A stretch of DNA of 41,157 nucleotides from Octopus bimaculoides. Taxonomy: Eukaryota. This document shows positions 21,810 to 33,639 of the stretch, piece after piece (positions within the stretch are counted from its first letter, which is position 1; each line of letters opens with the position of its first letter). The stretch lies in the NCBI RefSeq assembly GCF_001194135.2, contig NC_068984.1, positions 70,343,867 through 70,385,023 of the forward strand, given 5' to 3'. The position numbers were made by a program, and so were the translations under genes. Below the pieces are notes generated by a model. The model made no database searches. It was not told the DNA's origin and saw only the letters and a list, made by a program, of their open reading frames with translations.

Positions 21810-23730
21810 AAGTGATGCATGAGGTGTCTGGGTGGGGTAATACCTCTGATGAAGGAACATGTGGGGCCCTTTGGAGTTGTTTGTCTACTTTGGTCCTCAC
21901 CTGACACTCAACTCTCACCTATGGCTCTTTGAATCTGTCTGCATGCAACAGAGGTCATGCTCCACTTAATGGCTTCCACAGACCAGCTAAACCATGATGA
22001 AGGTAGTCAATGGCTTTCAAACTTTCAATGAGCTACAGCTTGTCCACCGAGGCACGTGAAGACTCAACTCAGCAGACGATGTAGAAAGGACAATTAGATT
22101 GGTCCAATGGATAGGAAGACAGAACCAGCAAGCATTGTGGAGTGCAATGAATGCATCATACGTTCTGGATGCATCAATGCAACATACATTAACATCTAAT
22201 CTGCTACATCATAGTCAGGAGACAGGACAGGCAGGATGTCATGGTGACAAAGGCCATGTGGGGTGCAGAATGCTGGACAGATCACAGGCTTATCGTTACA
22301 AAAATAAACTTGCACATGTAGCCTTGCAGTGACCACAGGAAAAGCTGGCAAACAAGCGATTAAACATCAGCAAATTGTATCAGCACAATGTGGAGTAGAA
22401 CCTCAGAAAAGACCTGGATAGCAAGTTGAGTCAACTCAATGCTGGTACAAAGGGAGCAGACAAGAAGTGGGTGCTGTTCAGAGATGTGGTGCACAACACT
22501 GCTCTCAGCTGGGCCTGAAAATACGTAGTCACCAAGACAGGTTTGACAACAACAGTGATAAAATTCAGAAACTGCTCAATGAGAAGAGGAAGCCTGCAGA
22601 GTCTCTCAGCAAGACAGCCCACCAGCTTCCAAGAAAGCAGCCTACAGCACCACCAGATATGCGTAAAGCTCAGAGATGAAGGATTCTTGGTTCAGTAACA
22701 AGGCAGATGAGATACAGAAGTATGATGACAGAAACAACTCCAAGTACATCTACAATACTCTGAAGCCATCTATGAGCCACTATCAGAATCAAACAGGTCT
22801 TTGTACTTGCCCTATACTGTTCAGCATATTATTCTCAGTCATGCTGTCAGATGCCTTCTGCAATGATGACAAAACCAGCATTAAGATCAGATTCAGGACT
22901 GACAACATACCCTCTCAACCTGCAAAGGCTACAGGCCAAGACCAAGGTGGTAAAAGATTTAGTGCAGGCTTTCCTGTTTGCAGATAACTCCACAAACAAT
23001 GCTACCACAGTAGATACAGTAGAATGTGAACTGCTTTTCATTACATAAAACTGACAGTTTGGCATCACAATCAGTGGCCAGAAGACAAAGGTCATTGCCG
23101 AACTGTACATGGAACCGACTAACACTGTCAATAAGTTCATGTACTTTGGCAGCATACTCTTCAGATCTGTGAACATTGACATTGCAGTTGACACATGTCA
23201 TGCATCAGCAAAGGAAGCTCAGCATTTGAGCTGCTATGTGAATTGATGTGGGAGAGGAGAGGTATTAGGCTGGCTACCAACTTCAAGGTATATCAAGCTG
23301 TTGTACTGCCTATGTTACTGTATGTCTGAGAGACTTGGACAGTTTATGAACGCCACTTCAAAAAGCTAAACTGCTTCTGCATGAACTGCTGGAGAAAGCT
23401 GTTGAAAATCATCTGGAAAGATGAGGTTCCAGATGTAAAGTTCCTCCTTTGAACTGATATGCCAAGCATTTACACACTGCTGAAGAGGGCACAAGTCAGG
23501 TGGGCTGGTCACCTTGTTTGAATGCCAGACATGTGGCTACTCAAGGGACTGTTTTACAGCAAACTGGCAAACTGGTGGGAGGCAAGCACATGCAAGGTGG
23601 ACAGAAAGAGTGCTTCAAGGACACACTTAAAATCTCACTAAAAACCTTTGAGATCATCCCTGACACCTCAAAAATACAAGCTCAAGACCTCCCTGCTTGG
23701 TAAAGATGCACCACCAGTGGAGTAGAAACT
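21810..23730 (+). mobile_element. RTE-BovB-like LINE, internally deleted pseudogene
   Basis: FWMHQCNIH*HLICYIIVRRQDRQDVMVTKAMWGAECWTDHRLIV (APE C-terminus), LFSILFSVMLSDAF..IKIRFRTD, NLQRLQAKTKV, FLFADNS (decayed FADD), FGITISGQKTKV, VRWAGHLV*MPD, GGQKECFKDTLK; stops and frameshifts throughout. Confidence 0.9.
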
Positions 23731-23820
23731 GCAGTCACTTGCACTATGATAAATAAGTAAGCTTTTCTGTGCACAATTTTATATATGTACATGTGTGTGT
23801 GTGTGTGTATTCATGAGAGA

Positions 23821-24976
23821 TACATCAGAGGTTTGTGAAAAGTTTTTAAATAAATAAAAAATGTATCGGAAAAAGAAATTCCAATTTTTAAAATTGAATT
23901 AATTCTTTTTGCTCTAGTCTCTTTTGTTCTTGTAAAATTCTCTGCCCATTTATGCCAACTACAAAATGCAGATATTAAAAAAAAAAATCTATCTCTTTTT
24001 CTGCAATGACATTTTCAAATGCTTCTTTAATTTCAGCAATGATTTCATAATCATAGCTCTTTAACCTTCTTTTGAGTAACAGAAAAAAAAATAGTTAAAA
24101 TATTGGAAAGAAAATCACATAACACTATTTCAGGCCTGTATGGTCGCTGTAGAAGAGTTGCAAAAATAATGTTGACAAATGGATTCAGTGCAAATACGAC
24201 TGCTACGGGTGGTGCATTGTTGTAGTAAAAAACATTCTACCCAATAATTTTTCTCATCGTTCCTGTCACACATTGTTCTTTAAATTGTTAATTGCTGTCA
24301 CAAAGCATTGACCAGTTATAGCTTTACCTGCAATAAGATATTCAGTATGAATGACACCTTTAGGATTGCAACAGAAAAAAGAAAGCAAAATAAAATGCCA
24401 TCAACTTGGCTCAAATTGACTTTGTCGTTTCTGGTTTGATGGAAGGTAGAGTTCCTTTAACTAGCCATTTCATCGACTGTTGTTTGTTTCTTAAACCATA
24501 TCCTTAAAGACATGTCCTATCACTGGTAATAACTGCTGTAAAAATTCTTTCAGAATCACTGTCAAAATGTAAATGAACAGTTTTTGCTCAACTCTTTTTT
24601 TATTGATTAATACACATCAAGGAAAATATATTGTTACAACTAATCTTATTCACATTCTGATATTCATGAAGTATTTGTTGAACTTGTACTTTGCTTATGT
24701 TCCCCTCAAATATAATATTACTAGTTGTCAGCATTCAATGTTCAACAAGTGGGTTTTTTCACAAATACATTGCCGTCCTCGGCTGGAGATATTTAAGGAC
24801 ACCTATTGCTCTCTTCATTGCATATTGATCCCTGACTTCCAATAGAGCATTTCTTCTAGTTCCACATAGTTTATGGAGACACTGCTTCTCTACCATAAAC
24901 TTTTTGTAAATTATATAAAACATTTGATCTGTTTAGTTGCATAGTTTATTATAAAATTTTACTTCTCCTTCATGTA
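23821..24976 (-). mobile_element. Highly decayed mariner element
   Basis: Minus strand: SDRTCL*GYGLRNKQQS (GDETWVYGYD), PKGVIHTEYL, YNNAPP (HDNAP), QRPYRPEIVLCDF (PPYSPDLAPCDF); weak TIR similarity at 23821-23846 and 24951-24976. Confidence 0.7.
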
Positions 24977-24979
24977 CAA

Positions 24980-25200
24980 TAGCTAGCTGTTGGTAGCCAA
25001 GGACTGCCGTGCCTACCTGCCCCTTACATAACTCAGCATACTATTGAGCCAGTATTTCCAAATCTGCTGGTGAGGTTATTGGATGTCTTCTCTCTCTGTC
25101 TTCCTCAGTCTGATCTTCTTTCCAGTCTCCCAGTTATCACCAAGTCCTCAAGGAATTTCCATATATTGCTTATTCAAAGGAGCCTGTTGTATTCTTATAC
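24980..25200 (-). mobile_element. RTE-clade LINE 3' end fragment
   Basis: Minus strand EDLVITGRLERRSD*GRQR (decayed ENL..TGKIEGKR.RGRQR). Confidence 0.55.
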
Positions 25201-25204
25201 ATAT

Positions 25205-25380
25205 TTTTTAGACTGTGGCCATACTAGTGCAACACCTTGAAGATTTTTTTTTTTTAGTTAAAAGAACCAACCCCTGTAAATTTTATTTTCTTAATCTTGG
25301 TACTTATCCTATCAGTCTCTTTTGCTGAACTGCTATGTTGCAGGGAAATAAACACATCGTCACCAGTTGTTAAGCACTGA
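25205..25380 (-). mobile_element. Family B SINE 3' half
   Basis: GACTGTGGCCATACT..GGTACTTATCCTATCAGTCTCTTTTGCTGAACTGCTA, the reverse complement of the 33870-34050 region. Confidence 0.75.
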
Positions 25381-25430
25381 ATCCGTTTGTCAAAATTATT
25401 TTCACACACACACACACACACACGTGTGTA

Positions 25431-25460
<30 letters not shown>

Positions 25461-25462
<2 letters not shown>

Positions 25463-26804
25463 CAAGAAGAAGTCAAAAGTTTTCTGCACTTTCACCATAG
25501 CATATCTTTATTATTACCACACTGCCTTCTGCGCATGCATGCTGATAATTGGTACTATTGTGGTCATATGATGAAAGTTTGAGCCTGATCTTGCCATTTT
25601 TCTTACTGGCTTTACAGTGTAAGCATTGCCACTCCACTAACAATCTGCACCAAAGAGGAACAAAGAGCCGTGATCCGATTTCTCTGTTCAGAAGGTGTGT
25701 CAGGTGCTGAAATTCATTAGAGGCTTTTAGCACAATGCAGGGACAGTGTACTACCATGTAGAAGTGTGTATGAGTGGATCGAGAAGTTTAAAAGTGGCCA
25801 GACAAGCATGATGCATGAAGAGGGAGCATGATGCCCATCAACTTCCACCACTGACAAGAAGATTCAGCAAGCTCGAGAGATGGTAATGGTAAATTGGTGA
25901 GTTGTTGGCAATGGTAAATTGGTGAGTTGTTGGTAATGGTAAATTGGTAGTTCATTCTTTGCAGATTAGTCATTGTTCTGTCTATCAAATCATCCATGAT
26001 GAGTTCCGCTTCTATAAAGTCTGTGCAATATGGGTGCCAAGAGAGCTTACTGCAGAGCACAAGTGCAAACGTCTTAAGGTCTATCAACATTTTCTTGATT
26101 GCTCCAACAATGAAGGCAAGGAATTTTTGAGCAGAATAGTGACAGAAGATGAAACGTGGGTCCATCATTATGAGGCAGATTCCAAAGACAGAGTATGGAG
26201 TGGAAACATCCTGGTTCGTGAGCGATGAAGAAATTCAAGACTCAGTCTTCCACGGGAAAGGTGATGCTAACCCTTCTTAGGACTCAAAAAGGCCTATACT
26301 GGAAGACTACCTACAAAAGGAGTGGACGATCAACAGTGCAAGATATAGTGCTTTGCTGGTGAACAGACTGAAGCCAGCAATTTGTATCAAATGCCAAAGC
26401 CTATTGTCGAAGAAAGTCTTGTCGCTGCATGACAATACATGCCCACGCACAGCCACCCAGACCATTGAAACCATTAACCATTTAGGCTTTGAAGGGTTCA
26501 AATACCCTGCCTCCAGCCCAGATTGTGTCCCTTCCAACTATCATATCTTTGGACTGCTCAAAGAGGGTTTACAAGGTCGTCAATTTCCTACAGATGAAGA
26601 TATGAAGGGAAGCAGTGCATAAATGGTTGCACAACCAACTGCAAACCTTCTTGGAGGGAATACACAAGTTTGTAGGTCACTGGACCAAGTGCATCGAAAA
26701 GAAAGGAGACTATGTAGAAAAATGACATACTTGTTTATCCCCTGTTTTTGTGCAAATACATTGGAAAACCAAGAGTGCATATAATGTTTTGATACTCCCT
26801 CATA
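25461..26804 (+). mobile_element. Full-length mariner (DD34D class) with degenerate TIRs; transposase pseudogene
   Basis: TA-flanked ends TACAAGAAGAAGTCAAAAGTTTTCTGCACT and AGTGCATATAATGTTTTGATACTCCCTCATA; CTKEEQRAVIRFL, WVPRELT, IVTEDETWVHHYE, LHDN-34 aa-N (SPDCVPSNY), KCIEKKGDYVEK*; 1344 bp with stops and frameshifts. Confidence 0.93.
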
Positions 26805-26814
26805 TATACATATA

Positions 26815-26920
26815 TGTATTTCAGTTTCTGTCTACCAAATCCACTCACAAGTTCAGCCCAAGGCTATAGTAGAAGGCACTTACCCACGGTGCCACACTGT
26901 GGGACTGAACCCAGGTAGTT
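26815..26920 (-). mobile_element. Family B SINE head fragment
   Basis: TTTCAGTTTCTGTCTACCAAATCCACTCACAAG..GGCTATAGTAGAAGGCACTTACCCACGGTGCCACACTGTGGGACTGAACCC. Confidence 0.85.
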
Positions 26921-27189
26921 GTTGCTCATCTAAAGAAATTTACGTTTATCACTCTTTCTGCATAGAAAATCTTCAGTATTCATCTAATTATGGTGATAAA
27001 AATATAATTGTAAAACTTACTATCTGATATTCACGGAAGCTGGTGATGGTCAGTTTTGGCAAAAGTTAACCCATAAAATTTTGTAGATGAATGAAATTTG
27101 AAGTTAGTTAGTATACTGAAAGAAGTGAAAGAAATCAAATATTTTGAACACTTGTCTTTCCTTAGAAAAAAAAACAGTTTTGTATGGCA

Positions 27190-27490
27190 ATGTTAGAGTT
27201 GTTAAGAAGCAAACGAGAAATTGAACAAAGTAGAGGAAGAGGGTAGGGAGAGTGACAATGGATAGATTGACGTGGGAGGAAGTGAAAGAGGAGGTGGTGA
27301 AAATTCATTGCAGGTCAGATTAAAACCAGTGTAAGTAGAGGATTATGTGAAGAGGTGAAGTGGACTGGTTCACAGGTAAAGAGTGGAGGAAACACATTGA
27401 AATAAAGGAAACAATTACCGGAGTCATTCAATGCATAAATAGGTGGAAGATTATACAAAATTACAAACACATTCATGAAGCAGTACGACA
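27190..27490 (-). mobile_element. Possible Penelope-like RT C-terminal remnant
   Basis: Minus frames CFLYFNV..EPVHFTSSHN and TSSFTSSHVNLSI weakly resemble FLD.SV..SIHYKPTDSH..SSSHP.HTKL.IP. Confidence 0.35.
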
Positions 27491-27596
27491 GTTCCTCCAT
27501 GCTTATAAATACAAATGTAAATTTCTATACATATACACAAGCATATATATGTACATAACTTACTTTATGCATATGTATGCACAGTAGAGCAAGGCT

Positions 27597-27621
27597 ATAC
27601 ATATATATATATATATATCTA

Positions 27622-27685
<64 letters not shown>

Positions 27686-27690
27686 CACGA
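27597..27690. repeat. (TA)n/(CA)n microsatellite
   Basis: Direct reading. Confidence 0.95.
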
Positions 27691-28420
27691 ATAAGCACAT
27701 AAATGCAAAATAAGGTGAGAAAAATAGTACTCGAATAATGAAGGTAGAATAATTTGCTTTTATTAAAGCAGCAAAATCTTCACAAACTGTTACTCAGAGT
27801 TTCACATTCCTGTCTGTTGGAATAGTAAGGAGTAAAGGAAAAAGTATTGGAATGAAGCCAACAATTTCAGGACTCAGCTATGCAAACATAACCCATTCGT
27901 GCATAGCCCATTTGGTCTGGATGCTCCTTTTATTTGCTGGTAGAAATCATCAGATAGAAGGAAAAATTTGGTGAGGAGGAAGAAATGAGGAAGTATAAGG
28001 TTAGGGCTAGTGCAGTGGTGAAAATTTCGAGTACTAAGAAACCGTTGTCATTGGAAATAATGATGTATAAGGATGATATACCTACCCCCCAGCACTAACA
28101 CGTGATTTCATCACTATCCCCTCAGCTGCTTTCTAATTGGTCATTATACATCTCACAAACCACTGTAACTAGCACACAGGCTGCTCTCATCTTATACCAT
28201 GCCAAGAGTGATTATAGGTATTTCATTAGTAGTAGTGAGAGTTTCAGTACTTGTGAAGCAACTTAGTCAATTATTTCGATAACAGTACCTAACTGTTTGA
28301 TTCTAATATGCAGTTAGGCTTTAGGTCATTCTAAATAACGTGTTTGGGACAAAGTTTGATAACAATAATGATTCATAACATTATCAATGTTTATAATAAA
28401 AGGGTTTCGTCTATATTTAC
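27690..28420 (-). mobile_element. Penelope-like element 3' region (decayed)
   Basis: Minus strand LTKLL/FTSTETLTTTNEIP linker-like peptide; terminal region containing GTGAAACTCTGAGTAACAG and AATAAAAGC; recognised from memory as a PLE end. Confidence 0.5.
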
Positions 28421-29429
28421 ACTATTTAGTGAAGAAAGGATTCTCTAGTCTTGCAAAGGACAAGGCAACCTCTTTAAAGCTGGTGCCATAATAAAAATGC
28501 TTTCAGTACAGTCAATGAATTAGTTGATGAATGGAGACAGCATAAAATAATAATGACTCAATAGAATTGTCCAAGGTTTGACCATATCTCTAATGCTGCT
28601 AGTGCCATGATAAAATGCACTCAGCAAACTCTGTAAAGTGGTTGGTGCTAAGAAAAATGTCCAGCTATATAACCCATGACAAAAAAGCAAAATGAAAATA
28701 CAAATAAAGCATTCTCCTGTTACACATTTAGTCGGGTATGATGCAGTTGCACTGATGCAGTAGTGCCTTGGCCCATGATGACATATGAAATCAAAGCCAG
28801 TATGGAGAGTACACAAAATATGATGCTGATCATGATTATAATATTATTGATAATGCATGACAGTGTGATTAAGAAGTTCACTTCCCAAACAAATGGTTTT
28901 GAGTTCAAAACCAATGCATGGCAACTTGGGCAAATGTCTTATATCTACATACATATTGTTTCTTTATTTTCAATGTTCTGTAAAATGTAATTTTATAATA
29001 CCAACTTAATAAAGTTTTATACAGTCATTAGTGCTTCAAAATCTTTGACCACTTTAGCCTGTGATTTCCTTGAAATTATATAATTCTTTAAAATTGAATC
29101 ATTTGTTCTTTTAGACTGAAAGAAAATCAACAGTAAAGCAAATAACAAAATTAAAATGAAAGAAAGAAAGAAAGAAAATATTGAGATTGTAAAAGCAACC
29201 ATCTAGCCATCTATTTTATTGTTTGCTTAGGTTGCTGTAAATTACAGAAATTTTAATTAACTAATTAATTAATTAATTGATTAAGTTATAATTTATTAAT
29301 AATATAAAAATTAAAATATTTATTTGTAGAAGCAAACATTGGATTGGTTTCAGGATAAAACATTGTCATTACCTATTTTATCATCATTTGTCATACATAT
29401 AACACCAGAAATTATTTTACTTTAAAATT

Positions 29430-29650
29430 CGGCAAGCTGGCAGAAACATTAGCATGCCGAGCGAATTCCGTAGTGGTATTGCGTCTGTCATTGCATTCTG
29501 AGTTCAAATTCTGCTGAGGTCGACTTTGCCTTTCATTCTTTTGAGGTTGATAAATTAAGTACCAGTTACACACTGGGGCCGATGTAATCGACTTAATCTC
29601 TTTATTTTTCCCCTCTATGTTTATCCCTTTGTGGGCAATAAAGAAATAAG
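29430..29650 (+). mobile_element. Family A SINE, tail type 2
   Basis: GGCAAGCTGGCAGAAACATTAGC...TTCTGAGTTCAAATTCTGCTGAGGTCGACTTTGCC...CCCTCTATGTTTATCCCTTTGTGGGCAATAAAGAAATAAG. Confidence 0.9.
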
Positions 29651-30549
29651 AAATTATTTTACTTTTGAGTATCTCTTCTCTTGATCTCTCTTGCTCTTAC
29701 ATTCCCTGCTCTGTCCCTCTTGGAGAGAAAGATGGAGAATAGAGAGGGAAAGAAAATTAGCAATGCTTTTACCCACTCAAATGTCTATCAAGATGTGGAT
29801 AATATATAAGGATAAAACCTGTTCCCAGCATTCACATTTCAAGCAAAAGCATAGAATGAATATCCTTATGGCTTTCCTGATCTACTAAAAATGTTAGGAA
29901 TTATTTTGTTTAATGACTCAGTCATAGTAGAAAATGTAGCATCTCTGACCTTGGTATGACACCCAAGGCTTGTGCATGTAAATTAAGGGCAAAAATAGCA
30001 ACTCTTGGATTGCTGCAATTGGAAGCAACGCATCAAAATATCACATTGTTCTCAGAAGGGAGATCTAAGTTCTAGTCCCTGCAATAGAGTGGACATCCAC
30101 TGAGGCACCCAAGAGCTATGTGGCAGTGTTAAAGATTAAATTTATCATACTTCAAAGAACAGAATCCTTTGATATAGTCGTTTACAGGAAACTCTATTAT
30201 CAGTTACATTCATAAGTATTCTACATGGTTTTATACAAAATCCCATTTATCCAGTGGCACTCAGAAAGAATTTGTTTGATTCTGAAAAAGATTCCATACA
30301 TCCACAAAGAATTATGCAATGTAATCAAACAAAGAATTGTTTGGGAAGCAAATATTTTGAGCACTTGACCATAATTTAAATGGAAGAAATTAAATAAAGA
30401 ATATATTTACATTCATCTACTTTAGTTTATGTCATTGCTAATTATCATTGGAGTTTATATCTGCCTGAAACAGGGGACATTCTAAGTGTAGTCATTTTTT
30501 TAAAATTACAAACAGAATTAGGACCCTCAACAGTCTGGGTTGACTGATT

Positions 30550-30764
30550 TTACTGGAGAGCAAAGGATGAGATCATTAGCAACATTCTTCCCTGGGAACT
30601 GAAGCATGGGTACACAAATATTGGTAGACCACAACCACATCGAACTTGCATGAAGCAACTGTGCAAGGACTTCAAATGCACCCAAGAAGACTTATGACAT
30701 GCAATGATAGCTTGAATAGACTGGAGAAAACAAATCACAGCATTCCGTACAATAAGCAAGAGAA

Positions 30765-30796
<32 letters not shown>

Positions 30797-30805
30797 CGAC
30801 GACGA
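30550..30805 (+). mobile_element. RTE-clade LINE 3' end with (GAT)n tail
   Basis: WRAKDEIISNILPWELKHGYTNIGRP..MKQLCKDFKCTQEDL*HAM...DWRKQI, then GATGATGAT. Confidence 0.75.
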
Positions 30806-31109
30806 GCAGTTGCTTATGCATATAAACTTCCTGTCTCTTTGCCACTTGTAGTGTCCAAGGAAAAGGCTTTTCTTGATGGCAAATTTAACTTGGCACCAAT
30901 GTTATCACAGATAATACTATCAAAATAAAAAGAACTCATACTAATGCTCTAATATTTTCCTAAATCCACTCTCTTAGCTTGATCTTGACAAATAACTTTA
31001 AATGATAAGCCACAGTAACCAATTAAGAATTTAATCTCAGTCACAGACTTTGATCATTCTAACCTTCTAATTAATTGATCTGTGGCACTTATTATCATTA
31101 TATTAGTAC

Positions 31110-31310
31110 AGTGAGATGACAGTATCATTAACATCAAGTACAAATTGCTTAGCACCATTTCCTGCATCCGTATGTTTTGAGTTCAAATTTCATCATTGTC
31201 AAATTTGCCTTTCATCCTTTCGGGGTTGGTGAAATAAGTTAAGTTGTACACCGGAGTCAATGTAATCAACTAGACCCACCCCTAAACTTCAGGCCTTGTG
31301 CTTATAGCAG
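31110..31310 (+). mobile_element. Degenerate family A SINE
   Basis: TTTTGAGTTCAAAT..TTTGCCTTTCATCCTTTCGGGGTTG..AGGCCTTGTGCTTATAG. Confidence 0.75.
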
Positions 31311-31429
31311 AGTATTTATATATTGTATATGTATATATATGTATATATATATATATATATATTTGTAGTTTCTTTGTAAATGCATCGTCAACAAGTAGGT
31401 CTATTGTCTTTTCTTTGCTATGTGTCGTG

Positions 31430-31555
31430 AGTATATTTTACTTTTACTTACTTTTACTTACTTGTTTCAGTCATTTGACTGCGGCCATGCTGGAGCACCA
31501 CCTTTAGTCGAGCAAATCGACCCCAAGACTTATTCTTTGGAAGCCTAGTACTATG
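31430..31555 (-). mobile_element. Family B SINE 3' end (little decayed)
   Basis: TTACTTGTTTCAGTCATTTGACTGCGGCCATGCTGGAGCACCACCTTTAGTCGAGCAAATCGACCCC, CpG-rich. Confidence 0.85.
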
Positions 31556-32374
31556 ATTTTACCTAAACTTCTTCGCATAGAGTTATTTTGAAATGCTTGT
31601 TTTCTGATATTTGTGAGTCCATCGAATAAATATTCAACCCAATTAAATGTTGGCCTTCCTAAACATGAAATTATATAGTAGTTCCAACCCTAAAGAAATT
31701 TAACTTGTACTTTTAAAGATGTTCTTTAGGATAACGTGAAATATTGAACATTCAGATAGAATAAAGTAAAATATAGCTATGAATAAAAGGTTTGTAGGTT
31801 ACGAATTTTGATTGAAGAGATGAGGCCTCGAAATAAGAAGTTGCAGGGGACCTCTAAAAGTCATGCGACGGCCCTTCCCCTACTACTTGTGCTTGTGCTC
31901 AGAGATGCACATATTGTCAGCTTCTAAGGGACATGCTTAAGTGGTTAAGGCCAAGTAACTGACAAGCAAATCTATAGTATTGAGCAGAATATTTGCTGTA
32001 ATGATATTTCTGCTTCAGCAACTCAGCCCTGAATCAAGCTGAAATGTAATGGAAAAATAGGTCAGTTTCAAAACATTGATGTCCGTGTCACAAAAGCAAA
32101 TTTCAAAGGGAATAGTAGTCATTTCTTTTAATATCCAGACAGAAGTAAATATGAAAAAGAAATTTACTGTCCAAAGGTATAAAAGAAATAAAAAATTTGT
32201 TACACAGTGTAATGTAAAGATCAAACCTTGTTACATTGTGTCACAAGAATTATATTAAGGGTTCATGTGTTTATAGAAAGTTTAGCCACTTACAATTTTG
32301 CTAATTCTATGAGCTAGTGGGTGAGTTGATTGAACTAATGTATATTCATCATCAAAAACCAATGGAGATCTACT

Positions 32375-32590
32375 TAGAGAGGACGCTGGAAAGTTCCTGG
32401 TTTTAAGGGTCTTGTGAAAGGCATGATTGGAGGCCCAACTTTCCAAGTTCTCTTTTAGGTCTTAGAAAAACTGGAGGACTGTTGTGATAAGTGTGTGAAT
32501 CTGAGAAGGGAATATGTTGAACAAAATCATAATTAACTGATTCACCTGTATTTTCTTTTACCCAAAGTCAGAAACATTTCAGCAAGAGTA
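32375..32590 (+). mobile_element. Mariner-derived non-autonomous element (MITE-like, about 215 bp)
   Basis: GCTGGAAAGTTCCTGGTTTT at the left end and AAAGTCAGAAACATTTCAGC at the right end are inverted; the interior encodes GLRKTG/LEDCCDKCVNLRREYVEQ, a transposase C-terminus (KC....GDYVE). Confidence 0.75.
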
Positions 32591-32624
32591 ACAACTCTAA
32601 AAAGCCTAAAACATACCTTGGGAT

Positions 32625-32751
32625 AGAATAAAAAGTTTAGAATGGTATAACAATGCACTATAGAAAAAAGAGTATTGTAGTTTGTTTGAAGCATTGTGTA
32701 TTGTTTGTAAAGAATAAAAAGTTTAGAATGGTATAACAATGCACTATAGAA
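32625..32751. repeat. Exact 41-bp direct repeat with 45-bp spacer
   Basis: AGAATAAAAAGTTTAGAATGGTATAACAATGCACTATAGAA at 32625-32665 and 32711-32751. Confidence 0.95.
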
Positions 32752-33639
32752 CAAAAAATGGACTATATACCTGTTGTAACTTGGTTATCCATAGTCCGAT
32801 GATATTTTGGAATTACAATTCCTTCCTCAGATCTTATTTACTGGAGTCTCTGCTATTTCCCCACCCCACCCCTTCTTTGCTGTCATATTTGATGATTAGT
32901 AACGTTACCAGTCAACAAACTAATGCTGTCTTTCTCACTGCATAAGTATTTCTAATTTGCATAACCCCATTAACATGCAATGCCCTAAAAACAAAACTGA
33001 CAGAAAATCATATATTTTATTGTATTTATTAGTTGTAGTTCATTGTAATTAATTGTAGAATATAAATTAAACTTCACTCATTCAGTACTTTAACACTAAT
33101 TTAATTATTGTTTTTCATGTGGATGACATCTTTAAAAGAAAAATAAACACGAGTTATTTATGTTTTTTAAATATGACAAATTTCAGTTGTATTCTAGATT
33201 TAGCAGCAAATAAATCACCAAACTACAATTACTTCATCAACTTGCACTCTTGGAACAAATAGAGATACTTTGAATAAATTGTAAAACAACATTGGATGAG
33301 AAGGGAAAATTTAGAAAATGTCAAAATCAGGTTAAATGTCAGCAATAAAATGCAAGCTAGTATTGCAAATTTTGATAAAAAAAAATTTATTTCCAGGGTG
33401 GATGTGGGGTCTATGATACACACATTGAAAAAGAAATTAATTGATTATTTTTTTGTATTAGATATCATTGAAAAATGATGGTCAGGTCAAAGATATTTGA
33501 ATGACTGAACATTTACCATGATGGGAATAGTATTTAGTTTCTGTAGGGCAGTGATTTCACAGAGTTAGTAAAGAATTGAACACAAACCTTGTTGTATTTA
33601 TTTGTATCATTTTGCATTCTGTGTTCAAATCTTGTTAAT

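Noticed and set aside
27314-27375. + strand exon candidate GQIKTSVSRGLCEEVKWTGSQ with CAG|gtaaag donor
   Set aside because: No polypyrimidine tract, and it lies in purine-rich sequence better explained as an antisense Penelope-like remnant
32625-32751. CRISPR-like repeat-spacer-repeat
   Set aside because: Only two units, non-palindromic, eukaryotic context, no cas genes
33405-33455. GGCGVYD peptide reminiscent of ES1/ElbB SGCGVYDG
   Set aside because: Similarity is limited to 6 residues and followed by a stop with no donor site
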